A DNA stretch of 63,975 nucleotides, filler included, from Octopus bimaculoides (GCF_001194135.2; 6 parts of 5 records of this genome joined end to end with filler, not necessarily neighbours in it); one strand, 5' to 3'. Numbered from the whole stretch's first letter, positions 12,490 through 25,077 are shown. Numbers and translations are program-made. Notes: generated by a model from the sequence alone, not told the origin.

Positions 12490-12954
12490 CTTACTTCCTG
12501 ACTAAAAGAGAAAAAAATTTCTTTATAGCAAAGTGCAATGTGAGTGCTCATCTCTGTTTTAAAACAAATTTGATATTTATTTATATAATAAAAAACTCTT
12601 GAAAAACTGCTGATGTGTTGCACCTTATTCAGTATATCCTCATTATTCTTTACATCCAATTTTAATTTCATGGTTTAATCAGAAAAGGAAGACTAAGGTC
12701 TTCAGGGCCTCCAAGAGAGAAAGAGAAGAAACTAACCTCTAACTGGAATCCTTGCTCGAAAACTTGCACCAAGTAGACTTTGCTAAGGATACCCATGGAT
12801 CTTTTGTGGTGTTGAAGTGAGTGCTGGATTAAGTCTCCCACTCAAACTACATGCATTATGTTAAATCATGAAATATCTTGTAATTATACCGGATTACAAC
12901 AGTGAGATGTGTTTTCTGGTAGACCCTATTTAAAGCTAAAATTGCTTGAGCCAA

Positions 12955-13220
12955 AGAGAGAGAGAGAGAGAGAGAGAGAGTGAGTGAGAGAAGTGGGGAG
13001 AGAGAGTCAGAGATAGAGAGTCAGAGAGAGAGAGTCAGAGAGAGAGAGAGTCAGAGAGAGAGAGTCAGAGAGAGAGAGTCAGAGAGAGAGAGTCAGAGAG
13101 AGAGAGTCAGAGAGAGAGAGAGAAGTGAGGAGAGAGAGTCAGAGAGAGAGAGAGAGAGAGTCAGAGAGAGAGAGTCAGAGAGAGAGAGAGTCAGAGAGAG
13201 AGAGAGAAATAGACAGACAG
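12955..13220. repeat. Composite (AG)n microsatellite with periodic TC interruptions
   Basis: Repeated GAGAGAGAGTCA-type units; source of ORF 12980..13264. Confidence 0.95.
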
Positions 13221-14109
13221 ACAGAGAGTTAAATGTATTGGTTATGGAGATTGAACAGTTCTAATGATACAAACTATCAACTCTCTCGTAGATCCAAAAC
13301 ACTATTGATTTGGCTTTCTGCCACTCTTCACATGCAATTGTGGTAAAAAATGCTCAATGAATGATTGATTGATTGATTGATTGATTGAGAGAGCATCATA
13401 ATTATCATTATCACCATTGTCATCCTAACTTCAACCAATTCTATATTAACTTTGTTATAATCTCCACCACAACCTCCATCACTGCTTCACTGCTGCCACA
13501 ACTGCCATCACTTTACCCTTTTAGTAGCAGGTTAGATTTTTATATTAATTTATTTTTCATTTTTTTTTAAATTGCCTTATAAATTTTTCATTGCAAAAAC
13601 ATTTAAACTATTAAAAATATGAAGAAGATTTTTGGAAACAAGTTCCTGCTTTTAATCAAAATTGTTCAAACTCAAAAATAATTTATTATACTGATGGCAG
13701 TTTTACTTTTAAGCCTCAAAATGAAAATCATGTGAGAAGGTGACTGGAAACTGTTGATGGAGTGACTCATAGACTTTATGCCAATCTCCATTTCTCATAA
13801 CAACAACAACAACAGCAGTGAAATAACAAAAGCAATGGAGTCTCAATGTAGTTCTTGACCTGATAGAAATAACAGCAACATTTCTTTCATATCTCAGCCA
13901 ACTATCTTAAAAAAAGGATGGACACATTGGACAACATAATCCATCATCATAATCACTATCATCCCCATTTAATATCTGTTTTCCCTGCTGGCATGTGTTG
14001 GTCAGTTTGTCAGGAGTCAATGAGCCAGAGGAATGTGTGAAGCTCTACGGTCTAGGTGGGATGTTTACGGCTGACCTGGTATTAACTAGCATTGCAATAA
14101 GAGCAAGCA

Positions 14110-14300
14110 ACAGAGTGACTGACCTGCTAGAAATAGCAGCCAAATATTCCTCAAATCACACAATGTCCTCTTAGATAAAGAATACCTAGGATAACGATGT
14201 CCCTGAGGTACAAAAGATGGGATAACAGTCATGGTTGAAACACTTTTCATCATAGGTCTACTGAATCAGAGCTGACCTAGAGTTAATCCACAACAAAATA
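14110..14300 (+). repeat. Dispersed repeat family E (CTGCTAGAAATAGCAGCCAAAT motif)
   Basis: Motif recurs near 6570, 10690, 13860, 14125, 15260, 16380 and several times in 45560-45900. Confidence 0.6.
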
Positions 14301-14444
14301 GTAGAGGATCAGTTTTTGCTCTTCTCCCCACCTCTCTTTCTCTCCACATCTTCATTATCATGATCATGAACATACATTCTGATCGAAATTTGGTGGATGA
14401 AAGCTGTTCTTATGCATGTATATATGTGTGCATGTATGCGTGCA

Positions 14445-14482
<38 letters not shown>

Positions 14483-14852
14483 ATGGCATTGATTTTGTTT
14501 CAGTGGTGACTTTGCTTATAGCTTCCATAAACATAACGTCCAGCTGTGGCTTGAAAATAAATAAAGATTGCCATCTGCAAGGACATCTGACCATAGAAGT
14601 TGATTCAAGAAGTTTCACTCAACTCATGACAGCACGGAAAAAAGTGAGGATAATAATGGTGACAGGGATGACGAAGGAAGGATACAGTCTCTGTGTAAAA
14701 GCCACCACCTATTTCTAACGTTTATAGCAATGACCACTGGAATTATCATTTGACAGCAATTGACTATTGCTTCTTTCAATGGTTATCAGAGAGCCTGCCA
14801 GTTTATTCATCATCAAAGTAGTATGTACACACACACACACACATACACACAC

Positions 14853-14883
<31 letters not shown>

Positions 14884-16847
14884 AACACACATAGACACAC
14901 CCACGCACTCAGATACACCCACACACATGCATGCATAAACACAAACATGCACATGCATGCAAACCTCTATAAATATTTTATTAAAGACAAAGTAGAAGAT
15001 GATCTGTGAGGACAGTAAATTTCTGGTTGCAACCATTTCATTTCATTTACTAATCAACAGACATGAACAGACATGAAATAGCCAATGGGGGGGGGGGGTG
15101 CCTGTGATTAATGACTTGAGCTGGGACAGCACCTCTATATGGGTCACTAATGCCATGACAAAACTTCTACATGGTTGCTTGCACTAAGATAGAATCTCTC
15201 TATGATTACTTGATCAGTGAGTGAGCTTCTTGAGCTTTGAGTGGGTTGTTTGACTTGCTAAAATAACAGCCAAACTACTCTCAAATCACACCCTACCATC
15301 TTGATAACGTTCTCCTGGATGCAGACTGCTTGAAAAAAAAATGACTGGATAGTCATGACTCAAATGACTCAGATAATAGATCTGTTTAGTCAGGGCTGAA
15401 CTGGGGTTGATTAAACAACAACAACGAATACATATCACTATTATTATTGTTTTAAAGTCTTCTGTTTCATGTTTGTATGAGTCAAACAAAATTTAATAGT
15501 GTAGATTTTCTAAGGCCAGATGTTCTTATTGTTGCCATCCCTGACTTATCTGCAGCTGAGGTCATATTTTCCTGAATACTTACAAATAGCACAACGACCG
15601 GACACATTTCACAGAAGATTGCAAACAAACACTGCTTGTATGACTGTAATCTGTTATTTACAATTAACAAGCACTATTAAGACAAGAAGAAATGAACACA
15701 CACATAAGTTTAGGCATGGCTGTGTTGTAAGAAGCTTGCTTCCCAACCATATTGTTCTGTGTGTGTTCCAAAAATGGAAAGACTTATTGAATAATGTAGG
15801 TTTACATTGTCTGAACAAAAAATCTGTGATAGTTATGATTGGAACAGCTTATTATAAATCTGCACAATTGAAAATAATTTGAGTTTAAACAACAACATCA
15901 ACAACATGATACTGGGGTCAATGTAATCGACTTATCCCCTTCCCATCAAAATTGCTGGCTTTGTGCCAAAATTAGAAAGTATATTACTTATTGTCAGGGT
16001 GGGAGATGGTTGAATTACAGGATGTTGAATGGTTGAATTATAAGACAGTGGATGGCAGAATCATAGAACATCGAATTGGTAGAATCATATGAAGGGGAGT
16101 GATAGAATTATAGGTCAGTGCATCATAGAACCATATGGTAATGGTTGGCAGAATTGGTAGTGTGATGGATAAAAAAATACCTTTTGGTATTTCGTAATGG
16201 CCTTCTGTGTTTTGAGTTTAAATTCCACTCGGAGTTCCAATTTGCTTATCATCCTTCCATGGTTGATAAAAAAACAAGGATTAAAGTTAATATAATTGAG
16301 TAGAACCCTTGAAGGGAGAGCCCCAGTAAAGCTTCAGTTCAATGACTGAAACAAGTCTTTATGTGGCTCCTCAACCCACAAGAAATAGTAGTCAAATCTC
16401 TATCAAATCATCTTATAAAAAGAACACATTGGATGATGTAGTCCAGGTTGTACTGTGTGAAAACTGATCGGACGATCATCACTGAAATACATATAATCAG
16501 CAGCAACAACATAACACTGACCATTCCATGTAAATCAGAAAACAGTTCTCCTTCTTAATCTTCAGACATGATTATACATGTCTTTGTTTGTTTTTTATAT
16601 TTTTACTACAATATCTGTTTCTTTGAATTTATTAAGAGTTTTGCATCTAAATTCAAAATCCCTTTCATTGAAACTTAAGTAAGATTACCATATTCATGCC
16701 AATTTCATTGAATATTTTATTATAGAAGGATAGAATGGATAGCCAATTAATGTTGCATGTCCTGACCTATGACACTCCTACATATGGCCAACCACTGCTT
16801 GTCAACTGGAACTATATAGTGAGATCCAGAGAGGAAAACACATAGTC

Positions 16848-18024
16848 TATTAGGTTGTTCTGAAAATAAAAGCCGATTTCAGAAACATAATTCTATTCTG
16901 GAAAAATTAACAATAGAAATGTTTTGATTAGTCAAAGTATGAGCCATGAACAACGAGATTATTTATGCCTCATTGATAAAAACTTGATGGCTTTGATGCT
17001 AAGAAATCTTTGAAAGATGATTCCACCTGCGGTTTGGACCTGAAAGTTTTATCACTAAAAAATGTGTTTAAATGCTTTAAAAAATGGTAGTCAGTGGGCG
17101 AAAGATCAGGAGAATATGGAGGATGTGGTAAAGTCTTGTATCCCAAGTTTGAATTTCTGCAGCGTCATTCTTGCAACATGTGGCTTTGCATTATCGGGGA
17201 GCAGAATTAGGCCATGCCATTTCACCAATGCAGGTCTCAGTTTTTTGCAAGTGAGCATGCATTTCAGCAAGTTGATTGCAGTAAACCTCTGCTGTAATGC
17301 TCTGATTGGTTTCCAGAAAGTAGTAATGGACAACACCAATTGCAGACTACCAGACAGTCACCATAATCTTTTTCTGATGCAACTTCGGCTCTGGGAAGTG
17401 TTTGGGGGATTCATCATGATCAAGCCATCGACCTGATCATTTACAGTTACCATGAAGGATCCACTTTTCATCACAAGTGATTATTCAATCAAGAAAAGGA
17501 TCATTGGTGTTTCACAGAAAGAGCATCGAGCACACTTCAAAATGCTGAACTCTTTGATTTTTATTGAGCTCAAGCTTGAAACATTTCTCTGACATTTTGA
17601 CGTGGGTTTTGTTCAACAACTGCTTTCAATTGTTCATTGTCAAGACTGCATGGCCATCCTCTGCCTTCTTCATCTTCAAGGTTCTCATCACCACTACAGA
17701 ATTTCTGAAATCACCTTCATATTGTGCGATCACTTGTGGACCCCTCTCCCCATGCTTTATTGATATTGGCAGCAGTTTGGGAGGCATTGTGCCCAAGCTT
17801 GAACTCATGCAAGAAAAGTAAGCAAAGGTCCATATTTGTCATGTTCATAATTAAAGGCGCCTATGTTTCAAGAATTTTTCTGTCTGAAATAAGTAAAAAA
17901 TTATTGAAGAGCATACATCAATTATCAAGTATATCAAAATTCACCTAAAATATAATTAAAATACTATGATAAAATTGTGTTTCAAAACTCTTAGAGCAGC
18001 CATTATTTTTGGAACAACGTAATA
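16848..18024 (-). mobile_element. Mariner transposon, near full length, pseudogenised
   Basis: TA-flanked TIRs TTAGGTTGTTCTGAAAATAA / TTACGTTGTTCCAAAAATAA. Transposase remnants include LRPALVKWHGLILLPDNAKPHVARMTLQK (compare mariner HDNARPHVA); multiple frameshifts. Confidence 0.9.
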
Positions 18025-18050
18025 CTTTAGGCATTCAATTGATTTCTTGT

Positions 18051-18105
18051 AAGCTATATGTCGTCTTAAGCTATAGGTCGTCTCAAGCTATAGGTCGTCT
18101 CAAGC
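18051..18105. repeat. 17-bp tandem repeat, about 3 copies
   Basis: AAGCTATA(T/G)GTCGTCT(T/C) x3, about 27 nt beyond the mariner end. Confidence 0.9.
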
Positions 18106-18329
18106 AGGCTTAACTAGGACTCACTGTAGAGCATTAACAGCAACCACTGCAACCACTTATTATTTCACAACTAAACAATATTCACCCTAGCTTTGTCACA
18201 AAAAGAAAAATTACTTTCTCAGGAAACTCCATTTATGTTAAAAATAGTTTCACAACTATCAACTGCACTAACTTCCTTATTCATTCTCAGTTTGCTGTCA
18301 CATATGTTCCAATCAAAAAAGCTTTCAAC

Positions 18330-19030
18330 TAGCTATTGTTCGTTTATCTTCAACTAACAAATAAACATGCAGATATATCAAAGCCGTAAGGCTGTTTGTT
18401 TTGTGAGAAAGACTGCAAAAGTGAAGGTATTAAAATAGTTACTACAGTAAATGTCTACAAAATAGAAGGTACAAGATCTTATACATAATCTTGGGGGTCC
18501 TTTAAAGGGCCAGGGGCATTACTTTATTTCTTGAATAACAGATTTTTGTAAATTCATCTCTCCGTAACTGTTACATAATTTCTTCATTTATCTTCAGGAA
18601 GGCATTACTGTCATTTCACTGAACCATTTGTGGTTGTGATAGTTGTGCTGAATGTTGGGAAATGTTTTAGTGAGTCCATGAAGACGTCAACTCACTGATA
18701 TCAGCCATACACGTGTCATAAGTTAATCACATACAACAACCTCTCTCTCCAACTTCTCAATTGAGTGTTGGTCTTTATTGAGATAAACTTTCTTGTTTTG
18801 CTTCCAAATTTTCCTAAAATGCTTCCATAAATGTGATGGTCTCAAGCAGCTCCTGGTCTGATCAGCACTTGTCCCATTCGGAATGGCTGGAAGTGCCTGA
18901 TGAAAACTTCCTGCTAAAATTACTGTTACTCTGCCAAAAGATGAAATTCTCCTCCTGCACACACTCAAATAAGGTCCAGAAAAACAACTTGATGCGATGT
19001 AGTGCTCTCATTGCAAATTATAATGGAACA
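18330..19030 (-). mobile_element. Helitron PIF1-type helicase relic (pseudogenised)
   Basis: SSFGRVTVILAGSFHQALPAIPNGTSADQTRSCLRPSHLWKHF resembles Helitron FGGKxVVLGGDFRQILPVI...ACIKSSxLW. Downstream FPNIQHNYHNHKWFSE and KINEEIM*QL resemble VFPNxxxNYxNHxWLxER and KINExIL. Stops and frameshifts present. Confidence 0.75.
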
Positions 19031-19131
19031 CCTCTGTTGCTCCAGTTTCTTTGTTAACGTTGCAGGTTGTTGTATCATCATTGTTGAGATTCAGTGGCAG
19101 TTTGAGTGTAGTGTGTTTGTTATATATACAC

Positions 19132-19527
19132 ATGTGACTGTTTGGTAAGAAGCTTGCTTCCCAATCACATGGTTGTGGGTTCAATCCTGCTGTGTGGCAC
19201 CTTGGGCAACTGTCTTCTACTATAGCCTTGGGCTGACCAAAGCCTCGTGAGTGGTAGACGGAAACTGATAGAAGCCTATCGAACATATGTATACATTCAT
19301 GCGTGTGTGTGTTTGTGCGTGTGTTTGTCCCCACCAACATCATTTGGTAAACGATGTTGGTGTGTTTACTTCCCCATAACTTAGCGATTCAGTAGAAGAG
19401 ACTGTTAGATTAAGCACCAGGCTTACGAAGAATAAGTCCAGGCGGCGATTTTCTTCAACTAAAAGGTGGCGTTCCAGCAGGGGCCACAGTCACATGACTG
19501 AAACAAGTGAAAGACTAAAAGAATAAA
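19132..19527 (+). mobile_element. SINE family C
   Basis: GTAAGAAGCTTGCTTCCCAATCACATGG head, ACCTTGGGCAA motif (as in the MIR/CORE domain), tail GACTGAAACAAG..AAAAGAATA. Partial copies at about 15710-15770, 26288-26460, 29040-29157(-), 48945-49095(-). Confidence 0.75.
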
Positions 19528-19536
19528 AAAACATGC

Positions 19537-19573
<37 letters not shown>

Positions 19574-19673
19574 NNNNNNNNNNNNNNNNNNNNNNNNNNN
19601 NNNNNNNNNNNNNNNNNTTAATTAATTAANNNNNNNNNNNNNNNNNNNNNNNNNNNNNNNNNNNNNNNNNNNN
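19574..19673. other. Artificial assembly linker (N44-TTAATTAATTAA-N44)
   Basis: Exactly 44 N + palindromic TTAATTAATTAA (stop codons in all six frames) + 44 N; identical to four other sites in the window. Confidence 0.95.
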
Positions 19674-19946
19674 GCCCTCGCAAACTTATATAATCATAGT
19701 GAAGTTTATTCACTGATCAGCAAAATTAGAAATATAATATTTCTAAATCTCTCAGAGAGATTTAAGCAGTAGTGGAGCGATAAAGTTGTAGTGTACTGTC
19801 AACTTAATGTGACAATCCCAATAAGGGAACACACTACTGCCGTTTAGCCCTAGGAAGCTGGACCGCTTCCTGTCGGCCTTGACACAATTACTGTGTCCTT
19901 AAGTTTGCGAGGGGGAGACAAGCTCCTCCACCCAACCTAGCCAGCA

Positions 19947-19989
19947 TTCAGGGACATGTTTCTGAGTCTTTGCTCGTCATCAGCCTGAA
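19947..19989 (-). ncRNA. Minimal type I hammerhead ribozyme motif
   Basis: Minus strand TTCAGG-CTGATGA-C-GAG/CAAAGA/CTC-A-GAAA-CATG-TC-CCTGAA. 6-bp stem I, intact core, palindromic stem III ACATGT, predicted GUC cleavage after 19953. Confidence 0.75.
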
Positions 19990-20776
19990 GTAGCTTGCCA
20001 GCTGGATAGAGAAGCCTGTTTAGCCCTCGCAATATACATACACACACATACACACATATATATATACATACATACATACACATACATACATGCACACGTT
20101 CATACATATACACACATTCATGCATACACACACATGTTATACCTCTTAATTTAGACGACCAAAGTTGTGATGTCTCTTTGGTGCAGTTTTCAGCGTATAT
20201 GGCATTCCAATCCTGTTTGTACGTCTTTCTTTCTCTTTCTCTTTTTCTCTTTTTCTCTTTCTCTCTCTGTCTCCCCCTCTCTCTATATCGCTCTATATAT
20301 TGCTGTATTTTGGGAGATTCGTCTTCTCCTTTAGACGCACATAATGTTTGCAGCTCACTTCTTCATTAATATTGATCCGGCAGTTTTTCCATACTTATCT
20401 GTTACCATCTAAATAGTGCCTTCCGTATTTTTATGACGCTGGATATATAATACCGGTGGTGAGTTTCAATGTTTTTATATGTACTTCTATAACTATATGT
20501 ATTTATGTAAAGTGTTCTCCTAGGCTCAAATCAGAGATTATACAGAAGTTAATTAGATATTCGAAACAGTTGTTATGAGAAAAGAATACGCCGAATGGTT
20601 CACAAGAAATTCTGGAATCGTTTAGAGAAGAAAAAAAAATGTATATATAAGTTTACGTATTTGTTTTGCAAGATTACTGATGTGAAATCGTGTTTTTAAA
20701 CAGGCATTGTTATATTTGGTGATTGTCATATATTGCCAATTAAATACATGCACTGTATATTTGCTCTTTATTTTAG

Positions 20777-20844
<68 letters not shown>

Positions 20845-21024
20845 TAGTTTCTTAGCCATAAATTTTTCGTCACATCCTGTAACCTCTTCAGCGATCCTTT
20901 ATCCCACGTGTCTCCTCTTGTTCTGTTAATTCGATTTTGCTTTCCTGTGGCGCGGAGACAAGGATATACACCACAGAAAGACAAAATGGAATAAACAGAG
21001 CAAGATGAGAGCGTGAGATAAAGA

Positions 21025-21067
21025 GCCGTTGAAGAGGTTGCGGGATGTGTAACGAAAGATTTATGAC
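21025..21067 (+). ncRNA. Decayed minimal type I hammerhead-like motif
   Basis: GCCG-(T)TGAAGA-G-GTTGC/GGGATGT/GTAAC-GAAA-GATT-TA-TGAC. Stem II intact; stem III AGATTT and stem I differ from AGATCT and GCCG/CGGC only by C>T/G>A transitions. Confidence 0.5.
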
Positions 21068-21461
21068 AAAGTAACTAAAATAATGATGATAAAGCTGAAG
21101 TGAAGGCCAAATATAGTGCTTGTGTTTGATTGGCAAAATAGGATAATCCCCAAGTATAACAATAATGTATATATATATATATCATAAAGACTGTAATTAC
21201 ATGCTGTACAGAATTATAAAATAAGAGGGAATAAATTTTGAGGATGAACAAGTCCCCATATTCTACATCATTAAAACTATTGTTGATATATACTCCAGAC
21301 AATATTACCGTCCAGTAAAGCGAACTCGGAATTACCAATCGGAGAACTTTACAGAGCGAGTGACAACTAACAGCAGTCATAGACGATAAATACTGATCGA
21401 TGTGGCTACCCGTAACCTGGAACTTAACTGAGAGCCATTAACGTATATGTATGTATGTATG

Positions 21462-21501
<40 letters not shown>

Positions 21502-21505
21502 CGCG

Positions 21506-21542
<37 letters not shown>

Positions 21543-22436
21543 NNNNNNNNNNNNNNNNNNNNNNNNNNNNNNNNNNNNNNNNNNNNNNNNNNNNNNNNNN
21601 NNNNNNNNNNNNNNNNNNNNNNNNNNNNNNNNNNNNNNNNNNNNNNNNNNNNNNNNNNNNNNNNNNNNNNNNNNNNNNNNNNNNNNNNNNNNNNNNNNNN
21701 NNNNNNNNNNNNNNNNNNNNNNNNNNNNNNNNNNNNNNNNNNNNNNNNNNNNNNNNNNNNNNNNNNNNNNNNNNNNNNNNNNNNNNNNNNNNNCAAGCAG
21801 CACAGAAAATTGGTTAAATATCTTTAGAAGATGGGGGAAAAAATACTTGCTAGTAGGTATCGGTTTCTCTCAGATGTTGACCAAGCTCTCTGTGCCATTA
21901 AGCTAACTGGCCCGCATAAAAAGTGAGATAGCCCCTGAGGCATTTTTGTAAACAGAACTGCACAATGGCCACCGTTTCGTAGCGATGCAAACGTCTGCTG
22001 GACTTTCACGCCATACGTAGTCGTATTTTTTCTTTTACTTTGTATTGAACCGTTTTCGTTTGATACTAACCCTTACTATTCTCTGAGAAATTCTACCGGC
22101 TGTATTCTGGAAACATATTTTACACTTATACCTTTCCAAAGGTCACCAAGTGTTCAGTGGAGCTTTGGCCTGCGCGTCCTCATCTGAGCAGAATGCGTTA
22201 AGAAGAAGGAGACATAAAGTCAACGTGTTTACAAACAGATGTCGGCCTTTAAATCAGTAACAGGTCTGGTCATATTAACAGTCTTCTATTACTTATGGAT
22301 GAGTACACCTGAATTACGTGAGTCAATGGATTTGATCTTTCGTCTCACTTTCTTATAGGTTACTTAGTTGTTCAATATCTGTGTGTAGTTCTGGCTTCAC
22401 AACGACATCAAGAAAAATCACACGTATCTGTTCAGT

Positions 22437-22468
<32 letters not shown>

Positions 22469-23683
22469 TGTATGTATGTATGTATGTATATGTACGTATG
22501 TGCGTGTGTGAGTGTATGAATGTATGTATGNNNNNNNNNNNNNNNNNNNNNNNNNNNNNNNNNNNNNNNNNNNNNNNNNNNNNNNNNNNNNNNNNNNNNN
22601 NNNNNNNNNNNNNNNNNNNNNNNNNNNNNNNNNNNNNNNNNNNNNNNNNNNNNNNNNNNNNNNNNNNNNNNNNNNNNNNNNNNNNNNNNNNNNNNNNNNN
22701 NNNNNNNNNNNNNNNNNNNNNNNNNNNNNNNNNNNNNNNNNNNNNNNNNNNNNNNNNNNNNNNNNNNNNNNNNNNNNNNNNNNNNNNNNNNNNNNNNNNN
22801 NNNNNNNNNNNNNNNNNNNNNNNNNNNNNNNNNNNNNNNNNNNNNNNNNNNNNNNNNNNNNNNNNNNNNNNNNNNNNNNNNNNNNNNNNNNNNNNNNNNN
22901 NNNNNNNNNNNNNNNNNNNNNNNNNNNNNNNNNNNNNNNNNNNNNNNNNNNNNNNNNNNNNNNNNNNNNNNNNNNNNNNNNNNNNNNNNNNNNNNNNNNN
23001 NNNNNNNNNNNNNNNNNNNNNNNNNNNNNNNNNNNNNNNNNNNNNNNNNNNNNNNNNNNNNNNNNNNNNNNNNNNNNNNNNNNNNNNNNNNNNNNNNNNN
23101 NNNNNNNNNNNNNNNNNNNNNNNNNNNNNNNNNNNNNNNNNNNNNNNNNNNNNNNNNNNNNNNNNNNNNNNNNNNNNNNNNNNNNNNNNNNNNNNNNNNN
23201 NNNNNNNNNNNNNNNNNNNNNNNNNNNNNNNNNNNNNNNNNNNNNNNNNNNNNNNNNNNNNNNNNNNNNNNNNNNNNNNNNNNNNNNNNNNNNNNNNNNN
23301 NNNNNNNNNNNNNNNNNNNNNNNNNNNNNNNNNNNNNNNNNNNNNNNNNNNNNNNNNNNNNNNNNNNNNNNNNNNNNNNNNNNNNNNNNNNNNNNNNNNN
23401 NNNNNNNNNNNNNNNNNNNNNNNNNNNNNNNNNNNNNNNNNNNNNNNNNNNNNNNNNNNNNNNNNNNNNNNNNNNNNNNNNNNNNNNNNNNNNNNNNNNN
23501 NNNNNNNNNNNNNNNTATATACATGTGTGTGTGTGCACGTCTATATGGATGTGTGTGTATATATATAAGTATATGTCTATATGTATGTGCGTGTGAATAT
23601 ATATACGTATATGTATATATATATGTATATATGTATATATGTATGTATATATATATATAATGTATGTATATATGTATATGTGT

Positions 23684-23948
23684 GGAAGCGCAATGGCCCA
23701 GTGGTTAGGGCAGCGGACTCGCGGTCGGAGGATCGCAGTTTCGATACCGGGCGTTGTGTGTGTTTATAGAGCGAAAACACGTAAAGCTCCACGAGGCTCC
23801 GGCAGCGGGTAGTGGCGACTCTTGTTGTACTCTTTCGCTCCAACTTTCTCTCACGCTTTCTTCCCGCAGCTGGACGGGACAGGAACACATACGCCATAGA
23901 AACCGGGAAACCGGGCCCATGGCTAGGCTTGAAAGGGGCGCATAAATA
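23684..23948 (+). mobile_element. SINE family A head and body with a different 3' tail
   Basis: Same tRNA-like head and body, then an unrelated tail GCCATAGAAACCGGGAAACCGGGCCC...GGCGCATAAATA. Confidence 0.8.
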
Positions 23949-24204
23949 CATTTTGTATATATATATATATATAGACATATATATGTACACAACCATGCAC
24001 ACATACATGTATACATACATACATACATACATACATACGTACGTACGTATAAAACAATGATGACACTTTGGTGTAAACGTTCATAGTCATGCGGTTTTAC
24101 GGTTTGTACGAAATCTGATCACGTACGAATTCACGTAATTTAGGATAATAAGTATGCTTATATATGTACGTAGGTATGCATATATGTATGTATCTTTATG
24201 TATA

Positions 24205-25077
24205 TACGTGGTCTGAACATTAAGTATCCGGACTGTTGCCAAAGTTACGAAGTTAAAGCACACAGAGTGAAATTGATCGACACAGGCTGACCTTGAACTA
24301 TGTTGCGCATGCGCACCAAGTTTTAACCTTCTAGCTCACTTTATTGTTTATAGCAGTGCTTGGAAGGAAGGTGTGTAATGTGTGATCATCGCATTAACCA
24401 TGACAGAGAAAGTTGAGCAGCGAATCCGCATTAAATTTTGCCAAAAGCTTGAGCCCCCACGCAAAGTTTTCAAACAGTTTTCATCCTTCTCGACACAATC
24501 AAGGAGATCTTGTGCAACTAAAACCCAAGTGTCTTTTCGTCAGCTGAAAGCAGTTCTGGCAGAAACTTGGCAGACATGCGTCTTATACCCAAATCTTCAA
24601 TGATAATGGACTGAACTGAATCGTAACTAATCTGCACATTCTCTGATAACTCACGGATGGTGATTCGACGATTTGCTCTCACAGCTGCACAGTACACCTG
24701 CGATGTTTCTCTCAGTTCCTTTGGTTGCGCGTTTCCCAGAACGTTCGTCAAAATCGATATTTTTCTTGTAAACATTTGAACCATTTGTACACTTGTGTGC
24801 GGCTCATACACTCCTCTCCATACACTTTCTGCAACTTTGCATCGGCCTCTGAGCCGGTATCGCCATGACAACCTCTGTCATGGTCAATGCGACGATCACA
24901 CGCTACACACCTTCTTTTAAAGCGATGCTGTAAATAGTAGAAGTGAGCTGGAACGTTAAAACTTAGTGCGCATGCACAACAGATTTCAGGGTCAATCTTT
25001 GCCAAGCGGCTTTACTCTGCGTGCTTTAGCTTTGTCACTATGGCAACAGCCCGGATACTTATTGATCAGATCTCGTA
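24205..25077. mobile_element. Rearranged mariner: two 5' ends in inverted orientation
   Basis: Plus arm 24207 to about 24450 (TIR + MTEKVEQRIRIKFCQKL); minus arm 25075 to about 24450 (TIR + KLQKVYGEECMSRTQVYKWF...RRITIRELSE...DLGIRRMSAKF); TA flanks at both ends. Confidence 0.85.

Noticed and set aside
13615-13740. Open frame KYEEDFWKQ...IIYYTDGSFTF with an RNase H-like YTDGS motif
   Set aside because: In-frame stop immediately upstream and no acceptor; a single short motif is insufficient.
18897-18960. GTGC-CTGATGA...GAAA...GCAC
   Set aside because: No stem II or UH site; it is the antisense strand of the Helitron helicase relic.
19574-19673. TTAATTAATTAA as a biological motif (PacI site or piggyBac target)
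   Set aside because: Always centred in exactly 44+44 N, so it is an assembly construct.
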